From positions 1 through 64,000 of the IMG/VR virus record IMGVR_UViG_3300046543_000266: DNA of 64,000 nt; one strand, written 5' to 3'. This document shows, one piece after another, positions 26,570-35,938 of the stretch. The position numbers and the translations under genes were made by a program. Below the pieces are notes generated by a model that ran no database searches, was not told the origin of the DNA, and worked only from the letters and a program-made list of their open reading frames with translations. Within the stretch, counting starts at the first letter, position 1, and every line of letters begins with the position of its first letter.

Positions 26570-27199
26570 ATGGACGACATCAATCTGTATCCGCAGCAGC
26601 GGGACGAGATGAAGCAGGACGATACCAGTATGCAGCAAGCCTTGGACTGGCTCAAGGATCAACCAGCAAACGCGAACATCACTAGCGAGCGTATCGCCGC
26701 CTTGCACGAGGAACTGTCCGGGCTCAACCAGCGGGACGCGTTCCTGGAAGTGGCCGCACGCCACGGTATCATGGTTGTCGATCACTCGGGGTCGATCGAC
26801 AGTGTGGACCGCGTTCTCAAGTGGCAGAACCCTGCACGCATCGTCGATCACGACATCCTCGGCAACCCCATCTACGATCCGACCGAGATCGCAATCCTGA
26901 ACGCGCCGGTTCCGCAGCTGGACATACCGGAAGTTCCCAAGGACCAGCCGGTCCTGGTGGTTGGTGGTGACGGGAGCCGCGCGAGTTCCACGCTCCGCCG
27001 TCTGGCGCTGATAGAATCGTTCGGCTCCGCCATCCTCGGCCCGAACTTCGTGGACGACTTCATTGACCGCAGTATCCCGGCCCGCTTCAAGCCCAAGGAA
27101 CCGCGCAAGCAAACCGATGCTGACCGTCTGGCAATGGCGCGCGCTGAATCCAAGCGTCTGGCGAAGGCAGCGAAGCTGCAGAAGAGGGGTGGGAAATGA
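26570..27199 (+). CDS. hypothetical protein
   Basis: 209 aa ORF. Confidence 0.7.
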   Translation: MDDINLYPQQRDEMKQDDTSMQQALDWLKDQPANANITSERIAALHEELSGLNQRDAFLEVAARHGIMVVDHSGSIDSVDRVLKWQNPARIVDHDILGNPIYDPTEIAILNAPVPQLDIPEVPKDQPVLVVGGDGSRASSTLRRLALIESFGSAILGPNFVDDFIDRSIPARFKPKEPRKQTDADRLAMARAESKRLAKAAKLQKRGGK

Positions 27200-27507
27200 C
27201 AGCCCGCGAACGCACAGTCTCCTGCGTAGTTGGATCCCATCAGATCATGGGAACCGTGTACTTGGACAGCGGTGCGGGCATTCGTGATTACGCAGTCATT
27301 CTCAGTGTTGATGGGAAAGCCTCGTACTCTTTCCGTCTAGTCATGTCCGGCTTCGGGTCGGTTCCCCTGTTCAGCTGTCGCGGCTTCCTTATCAACGAGG
27401 AACGCTTCATAACCATCGACCGGCCGCCGCGTCCCCTGACGGCCCCTCATATGTTCGAGTACGTCGTCCACAAGATCGTGGAGTCCCATGACATCAACCA
27501 CCGGTAG
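27196..27507 (+). CDS. hypothetical protein
   Basis: ATGA-coupled ORF. Confidence 0.6.
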   Translation: MTARERTVSCVVGSHQIMGTVYLDSGAGIRDYAVILSVDGKASYSFRLVMSGFGSVPLFSCRGFLINEERFITIDRPPRPLTAPHMFEYVVHKIVESHDINHR

Positions 27508-27787
27508 ACCGTTAACGGATAACACTGGCGCTTGCGGCGTCATCGAGCACAAGCATAACGCCACTACCGTAACCATGACTGGATCGGGTACGGTCACCGT
27601 GTCGATAGGTGCCAGCAACGTCACAGCAACCGGACCAGTAGCGCGGATCAGCTTCCGTGATGCCGATACCTGCGTATCGCCGTTCGGAACGCTGGACGAG
27701 ATGCGCAAGATCGCTCAGACCGTACACGAAAACAGCTACTATCAACGATTCAACAAGCAACGTGTCCCGAGGAAGATGAAGACATGA
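27488..27787 (+). CDS. hypothetical protein
   Basis: GGAG SD, 99 aa. Confidence 0.6.
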   Translation: MTSTTGRPLTDNTGACGVIEHKHNATTVTMTGSGTVTVSIGASNVTATGPVARISFRDADTCVSPFGTLDEMRKIAQTVHENSYYQRFNKQRVPRKMKT

Positions 27788-28188
27788 ATATCCGTGACCA
27801 GTTCATCAAGTCGTTTCTGCAGCACGCGTGCCCGCCCGGCTTTGGTGAAGGCACTGCAACTCACACGATGTACCGCGACAAGGCAGTGGCTCTGATTGAA
27901 TGCAACGACACCGCGTTCGTCATGTTCAAGCAGGGAGTAGCATCCGCTGTGCGGGACCGGCCGACCGTGTATCTGTCGGAGTTCTCCAATGGAGTAGGCG
28001 GTAAGCCCGCAGTCTCAATCTCGAATCTCAGTATGGACGTCAGCGGCCCGGACCACTCCTGGGATAACAACAGCATGTTCCTCGTGCAACCGGGCCACAA
28101 TGGAAAAGGTGTGATCCGTATGTCGGACACGCTGACAACGCTTCGCAACATCCTGGGTAACGCTGGGATCATAACCGTCACGGAATAA
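27784..28188 (+). CDS. hypothetical protein
   Basis: ATGA-coupled, 134 aa. Confidence 0.65.
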   Translation: MNIRDQFIKSFLQHACPPGFGEGTATHTMYRDKAVALIECNDTAFVMFKQGVASAVRDRPTVYLSEFSNGVGGKPAVSISNLSMDVSGPDHSWDNNSMFLVQPGHNGKGVIRMSDTLTTLRNILGNAGIITVTE

Positions 28189-28190
28189 CA

Positions 28191-28526
28191 ATGAAAACAA
28201 TCTATCGTGCCGACGACGGCAAAGAATTCGACACCGCTCTCGACTGCCATAGATACGAGCGCAGCATGTCCATTGGTTCTGACGCCCGCTTCGTCGACAA
28301 GCTGGCGGTCATTCTGCAGCCGGTTATCGCTTCCGACGATCGAGGCAACGACGTCATCCATGCAAGTACTGATGACACGGATGAGTACAGTCTGACGGAA
28401 ATGGCGATCTACCTTGCGGATCATCTCGACGAGCTGGTTGAACTGCGAGACCAGATAGCGCACGAGCGCATGAAGCCGAAGAATCCCGGGTACAAGGTCA
28501 AGCCCAAGTCGAACCGTAGTAAATAA
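28191..28526 (+). CDS. hypothetical protein
   Basis: IYRADDGKEFDTALDCHRYE start motif typical of small phage proteins. Confidence 0.7.
   Translation: MKTIYRADDGKEFDTALDCHRYERSMSIGSDARFVDKLAVILQPVIASDDRGNDVIHASTDDTDEYSLTEMAIYLADHLDELVELRDQIAHERMKPKNPGYKVKPKSNRSK
28517..28525 (+). promoter_or_regulatory. TAGTAAATA box
   Basis: Exact motif overlapping the stop of 28191..28526. Confidence 0.6.
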
Positions 28527-28572
28527 CTGGTAAGCAGTCCACCAACCAGACAACCAAACACCGGAGCAACCC

Positions 28573-29094
28573 ATGAGCGACATTCAACAGTTCAAGATGG
28601 AAGACGTGCAGAAGCGCGTGGCCGAAACGATCAAGGCGCAGTTCGCAATGCTGATCCCGGAAGAAGCCTTCAACGAGATGGCGAAGACGGCGATCAACGA
28701 CTTCTTCAACACTGAGCAGTCGTACAAGGTAACGCGCAACGAGCGCCGGATCCCCAATCCGTCGGGCTACGGCGATCGCACTGAAACGTGGTATCAGCTG
28801 GCGACACCACTCACGCCGTTCAAGGTCATGCTGTGGGAAGCTATCCGCGAGGAAGTCGAGCAGCGCGTCAAGCGGTGGAGTGGTGAGCAGCAGGCCGCAC
28901 TCAAGGCAGAGATTGACCAGTTCTTCGCAGTGGGAACCGAGTTCCATGGCGAGTTCTCTGGGCAAATCGAAGTGCTCGCCAAGAAGATGGCAGCCGCCAT
29001 GCAGATGTCCATCATCAATCAAGCCACTGGAATCGCGCACAGCAATCTCCAAAGCTTCGCCTCAGCCAACAACCTACGGGTTCCGGGCTACTAA
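28573..29094 (+). CDS. hypothetical protein
   Basis: 173 aa, GGAG SD. Confidence 0.75.
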   Translation: MSDIQQFKMEDVQKRVAETIKAQFAMLIPEEAFNEMAKTAINDFFNTEQSYKVTRNERRIPNPSGYGDRTETWYQLATPLTPFKVMLWEAIREEVEQRVKRWSGEQQAALKAEIDQFFAVGTEFHGEFSGQIEVLAKKMAAAMQMSIINQATGIAHSNLQSFASANNLRVPGY

Positions 29095-29120
29095 CAATCC
29101 GCAACAAGCAATCAACCATG

Positions 29121-29154
29121 AGGGGAACTGTCAGTTATCTGCCGTTCCCCTTTT
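29121..29154 (+). terminator. Rho-independent terminator
   Basis: AGGGGAAC..CAG-TTAT-CTG..GTTCCCCT + TTT. Confidence 0.7.
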
Positions 29155-29173
29155 GCACGACTGGGAGCAGGTA

Positions 29174-29446
29174 ATGACCGCCGACCAAGTTCTTGTGGAC
29201 TTCGAGTTTCTGGCATGGATAGAACGCTGCATGTTCTTCCGCAAAGACATGGCCCTTCACCTGAAACGGATTGGCCTCGACGATCAGGCAGTCTTCGAGT
29301 TCACCCACTCTGACGCCGTCAAGGCCGCCAGTGTGGTCCAGCTCTATCAAGACATAGGCATGTATCGCCCGGAAGAGTTCAAGCTGTTCATCATGGATTG
29401 CTGGAACACCTACCAAACACTCTCTGCCATAGTGCATCCGACATGA
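29174..29446 (+). CDS. hypothetical protein
   Basis: GGAG SD before ATG 29174, in frame with ORF 28880..29446. Confidence 0.6.
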   Translation: MTADQVLVDFEFLAWIERCMFFRKDMALHLKRIGLDDQAVFEFTHSDAVKAASVVQLYQDIGMYRPEEFKLFIMDCWNTYQTLSAIVHPT

Positions 29447-30084
29447 ATCAGCAACTGTTCTTCACAGCAGACCTGCACTTCGGTCATGCTGGCATCCTGA
29501 AGCATACCGCACGCGGCACCCTCTTCGACAGCATCAACCAGCATGACCTCCACGTGGTCGACTCTATCAACAAGGTCGTTGGCGCCAAGGACATCCTGTA
29601 CATTCTCGGTGACGTTTCGTGGTACGGTCAGTGGGTCACCGGCGCATTGATCGACGGCATCCGCTGCCAGAACCGCTATCTGGTGTACGGCAATCACGAC
29701 AACAAGCTGCGCGACTTCTACAAGACGTCCGGTCTATTCAAGGAATGCAGCGACCGCATGTTCTTCAAGCACTACAGCAACAAGCTCTGTCTCGACCACT
29801 TCCCGAGCGCTGAGTGGGCCGAAGCCCATCATGGCAGCTGGATGTTGCATGGTCACACGCATGGTTCTTTCGACTACGAGGCACGAGGCCTCGCCAACTA
29901 TCGCATCTTCGATGTGGGTTGGGACGAGAGCCCCAAGCACGACACGGGTTATGGCTACCATCCCGATGCTCATGGGTACAAACCCTTCAGCCTCGACTTC
30001 CTGAACAAGCAGATCGGCAGCAAGGAGAAACTCCCACATCATGGTTACACGCGCCCGGACGGCTACGAAAGCGAATCCCGATAG
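29443..30084 (+). CDS. calcineurin-like metallophosphoesterase
   Basis: FTADLHFGH, LGD, GNHD, LHGHTH motifs. Confidence 0.9.
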   Translation: MNQQLFFTADLHFGHAGILKHTARGTLFDSINQHDLHVVDSINKVVGAKDILYILGDVSWYGQWVTGALIDGIRCQNRYLVYGNHDNKLRDFYKTSGLFKECSDRMFFKHYSNKLCLDHFPSAEWAEAHHGSWMLHGHTHGSFDYEARGLANYRIFDVGWDESPKHDTGYGYHPDAHGYKPFSLDFLNKQIGSKEKLPHHGYTRPDGYESESR

Positions 30085-30256
30085 GTTCCACGTACGACTG
30101 CGTGACATCGAAGAAACCTTCTGGTGGTCATACAACGTGCCCGCCAAGTCACACGGACATGCAGTGGAACTCGCCAAGCTTCACATGGGTTGGGGCAACT
30201 GCCACTGTGTGGCCTCTGTCAAGAAACTGGCGATTCGAAATCGTTGAGGAGTCAAC

Positions 30257-30679
30257 ATGAAAGTCAGAACTGATGAGTTGAGCGGTGCGGCGCTGGATTG
30301 GATGGTCGCGCAGTGCGAAGGTTACACCTTGACCACGGACGGGATCAACAAACTGGTCGAGAAGGACAATAAGCTCGACATCCTCGGCCCCTGCACTACG
30401 GGACAAGGCATCCCCTGTGGTTACAGCCCGAGTAGCTACTGGAGCATAGGCGGGCCGATCATCGAGCGCGAGCACATCAACATCGAACATCGTGGGGATT
30501 CGGGAGGATGGCGCGCAAGGATTTGGGCCGAGGCTGCGATGGATTTCATCGAGGTCGGGTTCAGCGGGCCATACTGCAAAACTGCGTTGATCGCGGCGAT
30601 GCGCTGCTACGTTGCCTCGAAGCTCGGCGTCGAAGTCGATGTCCCCGCCGGACTGCCTGGAGCTCGCCTCAATGCTTAA
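30257..30679 (+). CDS. NinX/DUF2591-family phage protein
   Basis: ELSGAALDWMVA..YSPSSYWSIGGPIIERE..LIAAMRCYVASKLG. Confidence 0.85.
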   Translation: MKVRTDELSGAALDWMVAQCEGYTLTTDGINKLVEKDNKLDILGPCTTGQGIPCGYSPSSYWSIGGPIIEREHINIEHRGDSGGWRARIWAEAAMDFIEVGFSGPYCKTALIAAMRCYVASKLGVEVDVPAGLPGARLNA

Positions 30680-30869
30680 AGATCTGGGTCTGGACCGTAA
30701 CGACATCTTCATAATCGTGGCCTGTATCGTCGGCGTAATCGTCGCGATAGTCGGCGTGTATTACTTCTATGTAGCCCTCCTATGGGCTACGGCAAAAGCC
30801 ATTGGCTATGTCCTCGGTGCGTTCTTCGGCAACTTCGTCGACGCGTACCGTGCAATCGCACACCACTGA
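30672..30869 (+). CDS. small membrane protein
   Basis: Long hydrophobic stretch. Confidence 0.6.
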   Translation: MLKDLGLDRNDIFIIVACIVGVIVAIVGVYYFYVALLWATAKAIGYVLGAFFGNFVDAYRAIAHH

Positions 30870-30879
30870 GTAAGCATCT

Positions 30880-31197
30880 ATGATCTGTAGCAAGTGTAAA
30901 CAAGCACGCGGCCGTCACATGGCGGTCAGCTACCATTGCCCTACCGAAAACGGCAAGTTCCACAAGACCGAGCGCTTCAGCCTCGACGTCGAGCGCCTCA
31001 CACCAACCGAATTCCAAGGATATCTTGGGCGCGGCCGGGGCCGTACCCCCGAGAACCTAGAGCGCGAAGTCGCCAAGCGAGTGTTGAAACAAGTTGAAGC
31101 GGCACTCGCCGTGTATGACCTGCAGTCCAAATCTAACTACACCCGACAAGAGCTGATCTCCAACCTGGAGCTGATCAAGCGTGGGTATCAACTATAA
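30880..31197 (+). CDS. hypothetical protein with CxxC-H-C motif
   Basis: CSKCKQARGRH....HCP. Confidence 0.65.
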   Translation: MICSKCKQARGRHMAVSYHCPTENGKFHKTERFSLDVERLTPTEFQGYLGRGRGRTPENLEREVAKRVLKQVEAALAVYDLQSKSNYTRQELISNLELIKRGYQL

Positions 31198-31211
31198 GAA
31201 GGCTGACCACC

Positions 31212-31403
31212 ATGTTCCAAATGTTCACGCACGTACCGTCGCTCCACGCACTGTGGATTCTTGTAATGATCGCCGCAGCAGTCTTGGTCGGTATGTTCGT
31301 GGTGTGTGCCTGTCGGACAGCGGCAGCCTATGACCGCAGCCTAGATTCTGTGGAAGTTTCAGCGGCACCGAATGTGGAGCAAATCACCTCCATACAGCCT
31401 TAA
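31212..31403 (+). CDS. small membrane protein
   Basis: 63 aa, one TM. Confidence 0.6.
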   Translation: MFQMFTHVPSLHALWILVMIAAAVLVGMFVVCACRTAAAYDRSLDSVEVSAAPNVEQITSIQP

Positions 31404-31409
31404 AACCGC

Positions 31410-31477
31410 GTTGTTTTTACGCAACACGGGCCTTCGGAGGGCATGGTATAATAAAGTGCGGGCGCGCCTCTTCCGCA
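31410..31477 (+). promoter_or_regulatory. palindrome + extended -10 + 5' stem-loop
   Basis: GTTGTTTTTACGCAAC 31410-31425; 21 nt; TGgTATAAT (31447-31452); GTGCGG/CCGCAC hairpin. Confidence 0.8.
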
Positions 31478-31543
31478 CTGGAGCACTGTGCAATTGTCCC
31501 CGGCAATGCGGCAGCCGGTGTGTCCGTCGCGCGTCCCGCACCC

Positions 31544-31568
31544 TCTGATACCTCCTTCCGATATGGAG
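31544..31568 (+). repeat. TCTGATA..CTCC-N9-GGAG leader cassette
   Basis: CTCC-TTCCGATAT-GGAG 31552-31568, 5 nt before ATG 31574. Confidence 0.7.
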
Positions 31569-31573
31569 CAAGA

Positions 31574-31894
31574 ATGGAACATCGTCAATGGCTGCTGGCC
31601 CCGAAGTACCCGCTGATCACCAAGCTGCTCAACGCATACCTCGTACACATCCAGGTCGAAGGCGTCGACCCGGAGTCAATCCTGGCCGAGATTGACGAAG
31701 ACTTCGGTGACGAGAACGGCTTCGATGCCGCCGAAGCGTATCTTGCCACTCTGGGCGAAGAGCAGTTCGTGAAGCTCGCGTCCTCCGAAGCTGGCAAGGA
31801 ATACGAAGCCTTCTCCAAGTCCATTCCCGACGAGCACCACGGAGCGCGGTCAGCACTGGCGGACTTGTTCGAAACCGCCGACAACTTCAAGTAA
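31574..31894 (+). CDS. acidic early protein, paralog of N-terminus of 32707
   Basis: 106 aa, 22 D/E vs 8 K/R (hand count); GARSALADLF shared. Confidence 0.8.
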   Translation: MEHRQWLLAPKYPLITKLLNAYLVHIQVEGVDPESILAEIDEDFGDENGFDAAEAYLATLGEEQFVKLASSEAGKEYEAFSKSIPDEHHGARSALADLFETADNFK

Positions 31895-31900
31895 CATGAC

Positions 31901-31954
31901 GGGGGCCTTCGGGTCCCCATCCGCACTTCTGATAAACCTCCCAACGAAACGGAG
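31901..31954 (+). repeat. UUCG hairpin + leader cassette
   Basis: GGGGGCC-TTCG-GGTCCCC 31901-31918; TCTGATA; CTCCCAACGAAACGGAG 31938-31954. Confidence 0.85.
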
Positions 31955-31959
31955 AACAC

Positions 31960-32310
31960 ATGAACAACGCACAACACAAGTGGGCAGTCATCACCAATGG
32001 CGATCTGCTGGTCCAAGAATGCGACGACCGCAATCATGCAGAGCGCATCGCAAAGAAGGCCAACGACTGGCACGCCTCGCAAGTGGCCGAGGGTCTTATC
32101 CAAGGACTCGGCACTGTGCGTTACGGTGTCCGCAGCCCCGCTGGTCAACGCATCTTCGCTGGAGTGGTCGAGACCGCCGTCCAGCCGGTCCTGCTCCAAG
32201 CGGCTCTTCGTCGCAACGGCGTCTGGCTTGTTGACACCAACGGCAACGCCACTGACTTCTATCATCGCGGCTGCTTCCAACACAATCTGCAGTCGAAGGC
32301 TGTCCACTGA
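31960..32310 (+). CDS. hypothetical protein
   Basis: 116 aa after cassette. Confidence 0.75.
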   Translation: MNNAQHKWAVITNGDLLVQECDDRNHAERIAKKANDWHASQVAEGLIQGLGTVRYGVRSPAGQRIFAGVVETAVQPVLLQAALRRNGVWLVDTNGNATDFYHRGCFQHNLQSKAVH

Positions 32311-32333
32311 TATCTACTCCCTACGAAACGGAG
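32307..32333 (+). repeat. leader cassette
   Basis: CTGATATCTA-CTCCCTACGAAACGGAG. Confidence 0.8.
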
Positions 32334-32339
32334 ATCGCA

Positions 32340-32645
32340 ATGTCCCAAGCCAAAGCACACCCGCAACAAACGTTCCCGACTCTGCTGTACAAACCGCAGT
32401 TCATTACGACCAACACGTCGACCACCGACCCGCAAGACATGATGTTCTTCGTCGGCTTCGAGATGGTCGGCTTCGTCCACAAGCCCAAGTTCGAGCCCCT
32501 CGGCGAAGACGGTCGTCTGGACTGCCGCACCTTCTGGGACGGCGACGCCGCTCAAGCCGCTCTCGACGAGCTCCTCCACTGGTACGATACCGAGGGCGTC
32601 AAGTGGGGCGATACGAAGCCCGACAATCTCGGTATCATTGCCTAA
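32340..32645 (+). CDS. hypothetical protein
   Basis: 101 aa after cassette. Confidence 0.75.
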   Translation: MSQAKAHPQQTFPTLLYKPQFITTNTSTTDPQDMMFFVGFEMVGFVHKPKFEPLGEDGRLDCRTFWDGDAAQAALDELLHWYDTEGVKWGDTKPDNLGIIA

Positions 32646-32657
32646 CCTTGCAGACCC

Positions 32658-32700
32658 GGCCCTTCGGGGCCTCCTGATATAAACTCCCAACGAAACGGAG
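32658..32700 (+). repeat. UUCG hairpin + leader cassette
   Basis: GGCCC-TTCG-GGGCC; CTGATA; CTCCCAACGAAACGGAG 32684-32700. Confidence 0.85.
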
Positions 32701-32706
32701 CACCAC

Positions 32707-33330
32707 ATGACAAAGATCACCAATCTCAAGACCCTCGCCGATCTGTACCCGACCACCAACAAGCTGATCCGGATGTATCTCGACGAGGTCGACGCCGGTG
32801 ACGTGCATGTTGCTGACGTGTACATCGAGATGGAATCGGGTCCCGGGGAACCCGCTCTGATGGCGGTGGAGTGGTACTGCAAGACGCTTACCGAAGATCA
32901 GCTTGAGCAAATGGTCGAGATGGCTGTCGATAACTTCGACAAGTATGCCAAGACCATCCCGCCTCAGCATTACGGCGCACGCTCGGCACTGGCCGATCTG
33001 TTCACTGCGTGCGACGTCTACGCGGATGGTGGTAGCGAAGCGGCACTGCTCCCAGCAGATGTCCTGCCACTGGCGAAGAAGCCATACTTCTTGGTCCTCA
33101 AGCCCAACGCAGCGCCGCATCTCGACAAAGAAATGAAGTTCTTCACCGGATTCAGCGCGCACATGGAACCCAACTTCGTAGCACTTCCGGACAACAGCCC
33201 GCTGGAAATTGGCCTTCGCGTCGTCACGTACTGGACAAAGAGCGCGGCGGCTGCGGGATTGGCTGAGCTGGTCGCGTGGTATGCGACGAACGGCCAGACA
33301 CCTTCGCGTAACCTGACCATAGCACAGTAA
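32707..33330 (+). CDS. two-domain early protein; N-terminal domain paralogous to 31574
   Basis: YPTTNKLIRMYL..TIPPQHYGARSALADLF. Confidence 0.8.
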   Translation: MTKITNLKTLADLYPTTNKLIRMYLDEVDAGDVHVADVYIEMESGPGEPALMAVEWYCKTLTEDQLEQMVEMAVDNFDKYAKTIPPQHYGARSALADLFTACDVYADGGSEAALLPADVLPLAKKPYFLVLKPNAAPHLDKEMKFFTGFSAHMEPNFVALPDNSPLEIGLRVVTYWTKSAAAAGLAELVAWYATNGQTPSRNLTIAQ

Positions 33331-33334
33331 CAAG

Positions 33335-33391
33335 ATGGGGACCTTCGGGTCCCTATCGGCGCTTCTGATACAAACTCCCAACGAAACGGAG
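33335..33391 (+). repeat. UUCG hairpin + leader cassette
   Basis: GATGGGGACC-TTCG-GGTCCCTATC; TCTGATA; CTCCCAACGAAACGGAG 33375-33391. Confidence 0.85.
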
Positions 33392-33397
33392 CATTCC

Positions 33398-33604
33398 ATG
33401 CCAGCCATCTACGTAACTCTCGTGAACTCTGGGTCCTACGACCGCAGCAAAGACCGTTCCACCATCGTGTACTCCACCACCCCAACGCATGAACTTATCA
33501 TGTGGGTTCACAAGTCGTATCCGGATCTGGGTATGACTCAAGCAGTTGTCCAGCACATCCTCAAGCAGTTGAAGCTCGGCCGTTCCAACTGCACCATCGC
33601 CTGA
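33398..33604 (+). CDS. hypothetical protein
   Basis: ATG 33398 after cassette. Confidence 0.7.
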   Translation: MPAIYVTLVNSGSYDRSKDRSTIVYSTTPTHELIMWVHKSYPDLGMTQAVVQHILKQLKLGRSNCTIA

Positions 33605-33630
33605 TCTCGCAGTCATCTACGGAGAAGACA

Positions 33631-33855
33631 GTGAAGAACTTTCAACAAACGCCCAAGCAGCGTCGGCTTCAGAAGCAGAAGCTGGAGTTGTCCAAACGCG
33701 CCGCCGCTCACTCGAAGCCGCACTTCACGCCGCGCGACTCGTGGACTTCCAAGCGCAAGATCGGGGATGCCCCGCTCTCGGTGCTGGCTCGCAAGCAACC
33801 CAGTCTGGCTGCCGTCTTTGACTGGCCCGGTTGGGGTTGGGGCGAAAGCTGGTAA
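33631..33855 (+). CDS. small basic hypothetical protein
   Basis: GGAG SD before GTG 33631. Confidence 0.6.
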   Translation: MKNFQQTPKQRRLQKQKLELSKRAAAHSKPHFTPRDSWTSKRKIGDAPLSVLARKQPSLAAVFDWPGWGWGESW

Positions 33856-33935
33856 CTTCAATCAATCAACAGCGGTCACCACATGGTGACCGCTTCATCG
33901 CCGTAATCTATCAGACACACAGTGGAGCATCGAAC

Positions 33936-34391
33936 ATGAAAGCGAAGCAGCAAGCATCGACCCCGACCCTCGTTCTACGTTCAGTCCGGCCGTCGAAGCT
34001 CGCCACACCGCAGAGTCTGAATCAGATTCTGTCACACCTGCGCTTGGCTTCCGAGCGCCTCGGTTCCTGCATACCCTTGGCTGAATGTCACGACGACCGC
34101 GTCGCCAAGTGTGGTTACAACGGCCACGAAACACATACCCGCGTCGAGTCTGGAGCCATCGAATTGTGGCTGACTGAGGATCAGGACTCGACGTTCACAC
34201 GCGCCTCCAATCTGGGGTGGGTGCTCGTAGGATGCTGGTCTGCGCCTGTGACCTACGGTCCGGCCAAGATTCTGCTGATCCTTGGCAACCGTGACCAAGT
34301 AGTTGGCCTCATGCCGAGCGGCAAGATGGAGCGAGCTCCTGCTGGTAGCAGGTCATTCGTCATCCCACGTCAGTGGTGGAATGCGCGGTAA
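33936..34391 (+). CDS. hypothetical protein
   Basis: GGAG SD before ATG 33936. Confidence 0.65.
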   Translation: MKAKQQASTPTLVLRSVRPSKLATPQSLNQILSHLRLASERLGSCIPLAECHDDRVAKCGYNGHETHTRVESGAIELWLTEDQDSTFTRASNLGWVLVGCWSAPVTYGPAKILLILGNRDQVVGLMPSGKMERAPAGSRSFVIPRQWWNAR

Positions 34392-34407
34392 TCACAACGA
34401 GGCTCCA

Positions 34408-34917
34408 ATGCAAATCAATCGAGATAGTGAAGTGTTCAACGTGGTAGCCGGAGCCCTGTCGTTGGCTAGTCCGGCGCATCCGATGCCGCGATACGTAACC
34501 CCACGCAGTTCATTGCAAGTCAACGTCCACGGTTCGCGTGGCATCAACTGGCGATTGCTGGTCACAACCATCAACGCTCGAATCCCCGCAATGCCACCCA
34601 TCACCGTTGAAGAGGCGAGCGGTTGCATCACAGTGGCTGACCTGTGTCGTTTGGTTGCGTCGCGACAGTCCGGCGAGTCGTCGGTCACCAACACGCTGAC
34701 TCCGCGCCAGACCTATGCGTGCTCGTTGCTCGTCGGTCAGTTGCGTGATTTCACGCCCGAGGCATTGCGTGGCTTTGGTGAGTATTTGGCAACTCGCGAC
34801 GGTGATCGGGATCTGGTGCTGGATCAGTTGCGCAAGATGGTGAGCTCCATCGTCAGCCATGCCCCCGGTTCCGGCACCTCACAGGTGCTACCCTTTCGAC
34901 ACAAAGTCAACGATTGA
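34408..34917 (+). CDS. degenerate acyl-carrier-protein-like N-terminal domain fusion
   Basis: ITVEEASGCITVADLCRLV mirrors ITDEEAALCCTVQHATRLV of 35939; no DS motif. Confidence 0.5.
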   Translation: MQINRDSEVFNVVAGALSLASPAHPMPRYVTPRSSLQVNVHGSRGINWRLLVTTINARIPAMPPITVEEASGCITVADLCRLVASRQSGESSVTNTLTPRQTYACSLLVGQLRDFTPEALRGFGEYLATRDGDRDLVLDQLRKMVSSIVSHAPGSGTSQVLPFRHKVND

Positions 34918-34942
34918 AATTTCTGAATACGAAGGTGAATCC

Positions 34943-35230
34943 ATGACCGATCCGAACCCGCCGTATGAAAAGGAAGTCTCTCCCTCGGAGCAAAAGAGCC
35001 GTGATCATGTGACCGGCTCGCGCTTTCGCCTAACCACCGACGCCTATCACGAGTGGGCGTCTCATAAGTGGGTGATGTATGCCGCGGTCACCATCCGCGG
35101 TAAGCAGTTGCTCATGGAAGGCAACATGCTCGGTATGTACCGTGTGACCATTGGGTCCCACGTGGATACTCCGCGCTATCACGGCCCCAGTCTTGTGGAT
35201 GCAGTCAACGCGTACAACGAGGAACTGTAA
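34943..35230 (+). CDS. hypothetical protein
   Basis: AAGGTG SD. Confidence 0.65.
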   Translation: MTDPNPPYEKEVSPSEQKSRDHVTGSRFRLTTDAYHEWASHKWVMYAAVTIRGKQLLMEGNMLGMYRVTIGSHVDTPRYHGPSLVDAVNAYNEEL

Positions 35231-35679
35231 TGGCTGAGCCGCGCATCTCGACGACTAATCCGGATTGGTCCTCTCTTGAGGAGGACATCGGCAAGATCAT
35301 GTTCGACAATGTCCGGGCCCATAGAGTGGTTCCGAACCTAGCAGACTTCCTGCTAACACAGGCTGAAGCTTCGGCGTTCGCCAAGTTGGTTCTGTCTAAC
35401 ACGAAGCCCATGGATATGCCGTATCTGTCTGTGGGTATAAACGGTTTGTCCCACGACCGGCTGATCACATGGTCCAGGACCAGTTCCTTCGACGCTCCGC
35501 ACAACAACGATGGCGTAGTCATTCAGGTGCTTGGTAATGGTGGCGTGGAAATCAGTCGCGAGGGTCACTGGCCCTTCGCCGCATTCTTGGTGAGTTATCG
35601 CCTAGATCACACAGGCAACATCAGGCAAGCAAAATGCTTGATATCCGACAACCAATCCGATCCCAACAAGGAGTTATAA
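35230..35679 (+). CDS. hypothetical protein
   Basis: TAATG coupling. Confidence 0.6.
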   Translation: MAEPRISTTNPDWSSLEEDIGKIMFDNVRAHRVVPNLADFLLTQAEASAFAKLVLSNTKPMDMPYLSVGINGLSHDRLITWSRTSSFDAPHNNDGVVIQVLGNGGVEISREGHWPFAAFLVSYRLDHTGNIRQAKCLISDNQSDPNKEL

Positions 35680-35680
35680 C

Positions 35681-35896
35681 ATGCCTTTCGATATCCGCTT
35701 CAAACGTGCTACTGCGGTTGCCGACGCGCTCGACGATTACTTCTTGGCGAAGGATCTCTTCGCGAAGGTTAGTAACGAGTGCCGTGAAAATCACGGTATG
35801 GTCATTCACGACATCGTTCACAACGAGCAGAGTGCGCTGGATGCAACTCGTCAGACGTTCATCCGAGCCTTGGTTGACATTCAGACCGGCATCTGA
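35681..35896 (+). CDS. hypothetical protein
   Basis: AAGGAG SD, 71 aa. Confidence 0.7.
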   Translation: MPFDIRFKRATAVADALDDYFLAKDLFAKVSNECRENHGMVIHDIVHNEQSALDATRQTFIRALVDIQTGI

Positions 35897-35938
35897 ACAT
35901 CTAAACCTCCGCAAGAACTCACATAACTGGAGAGTACC

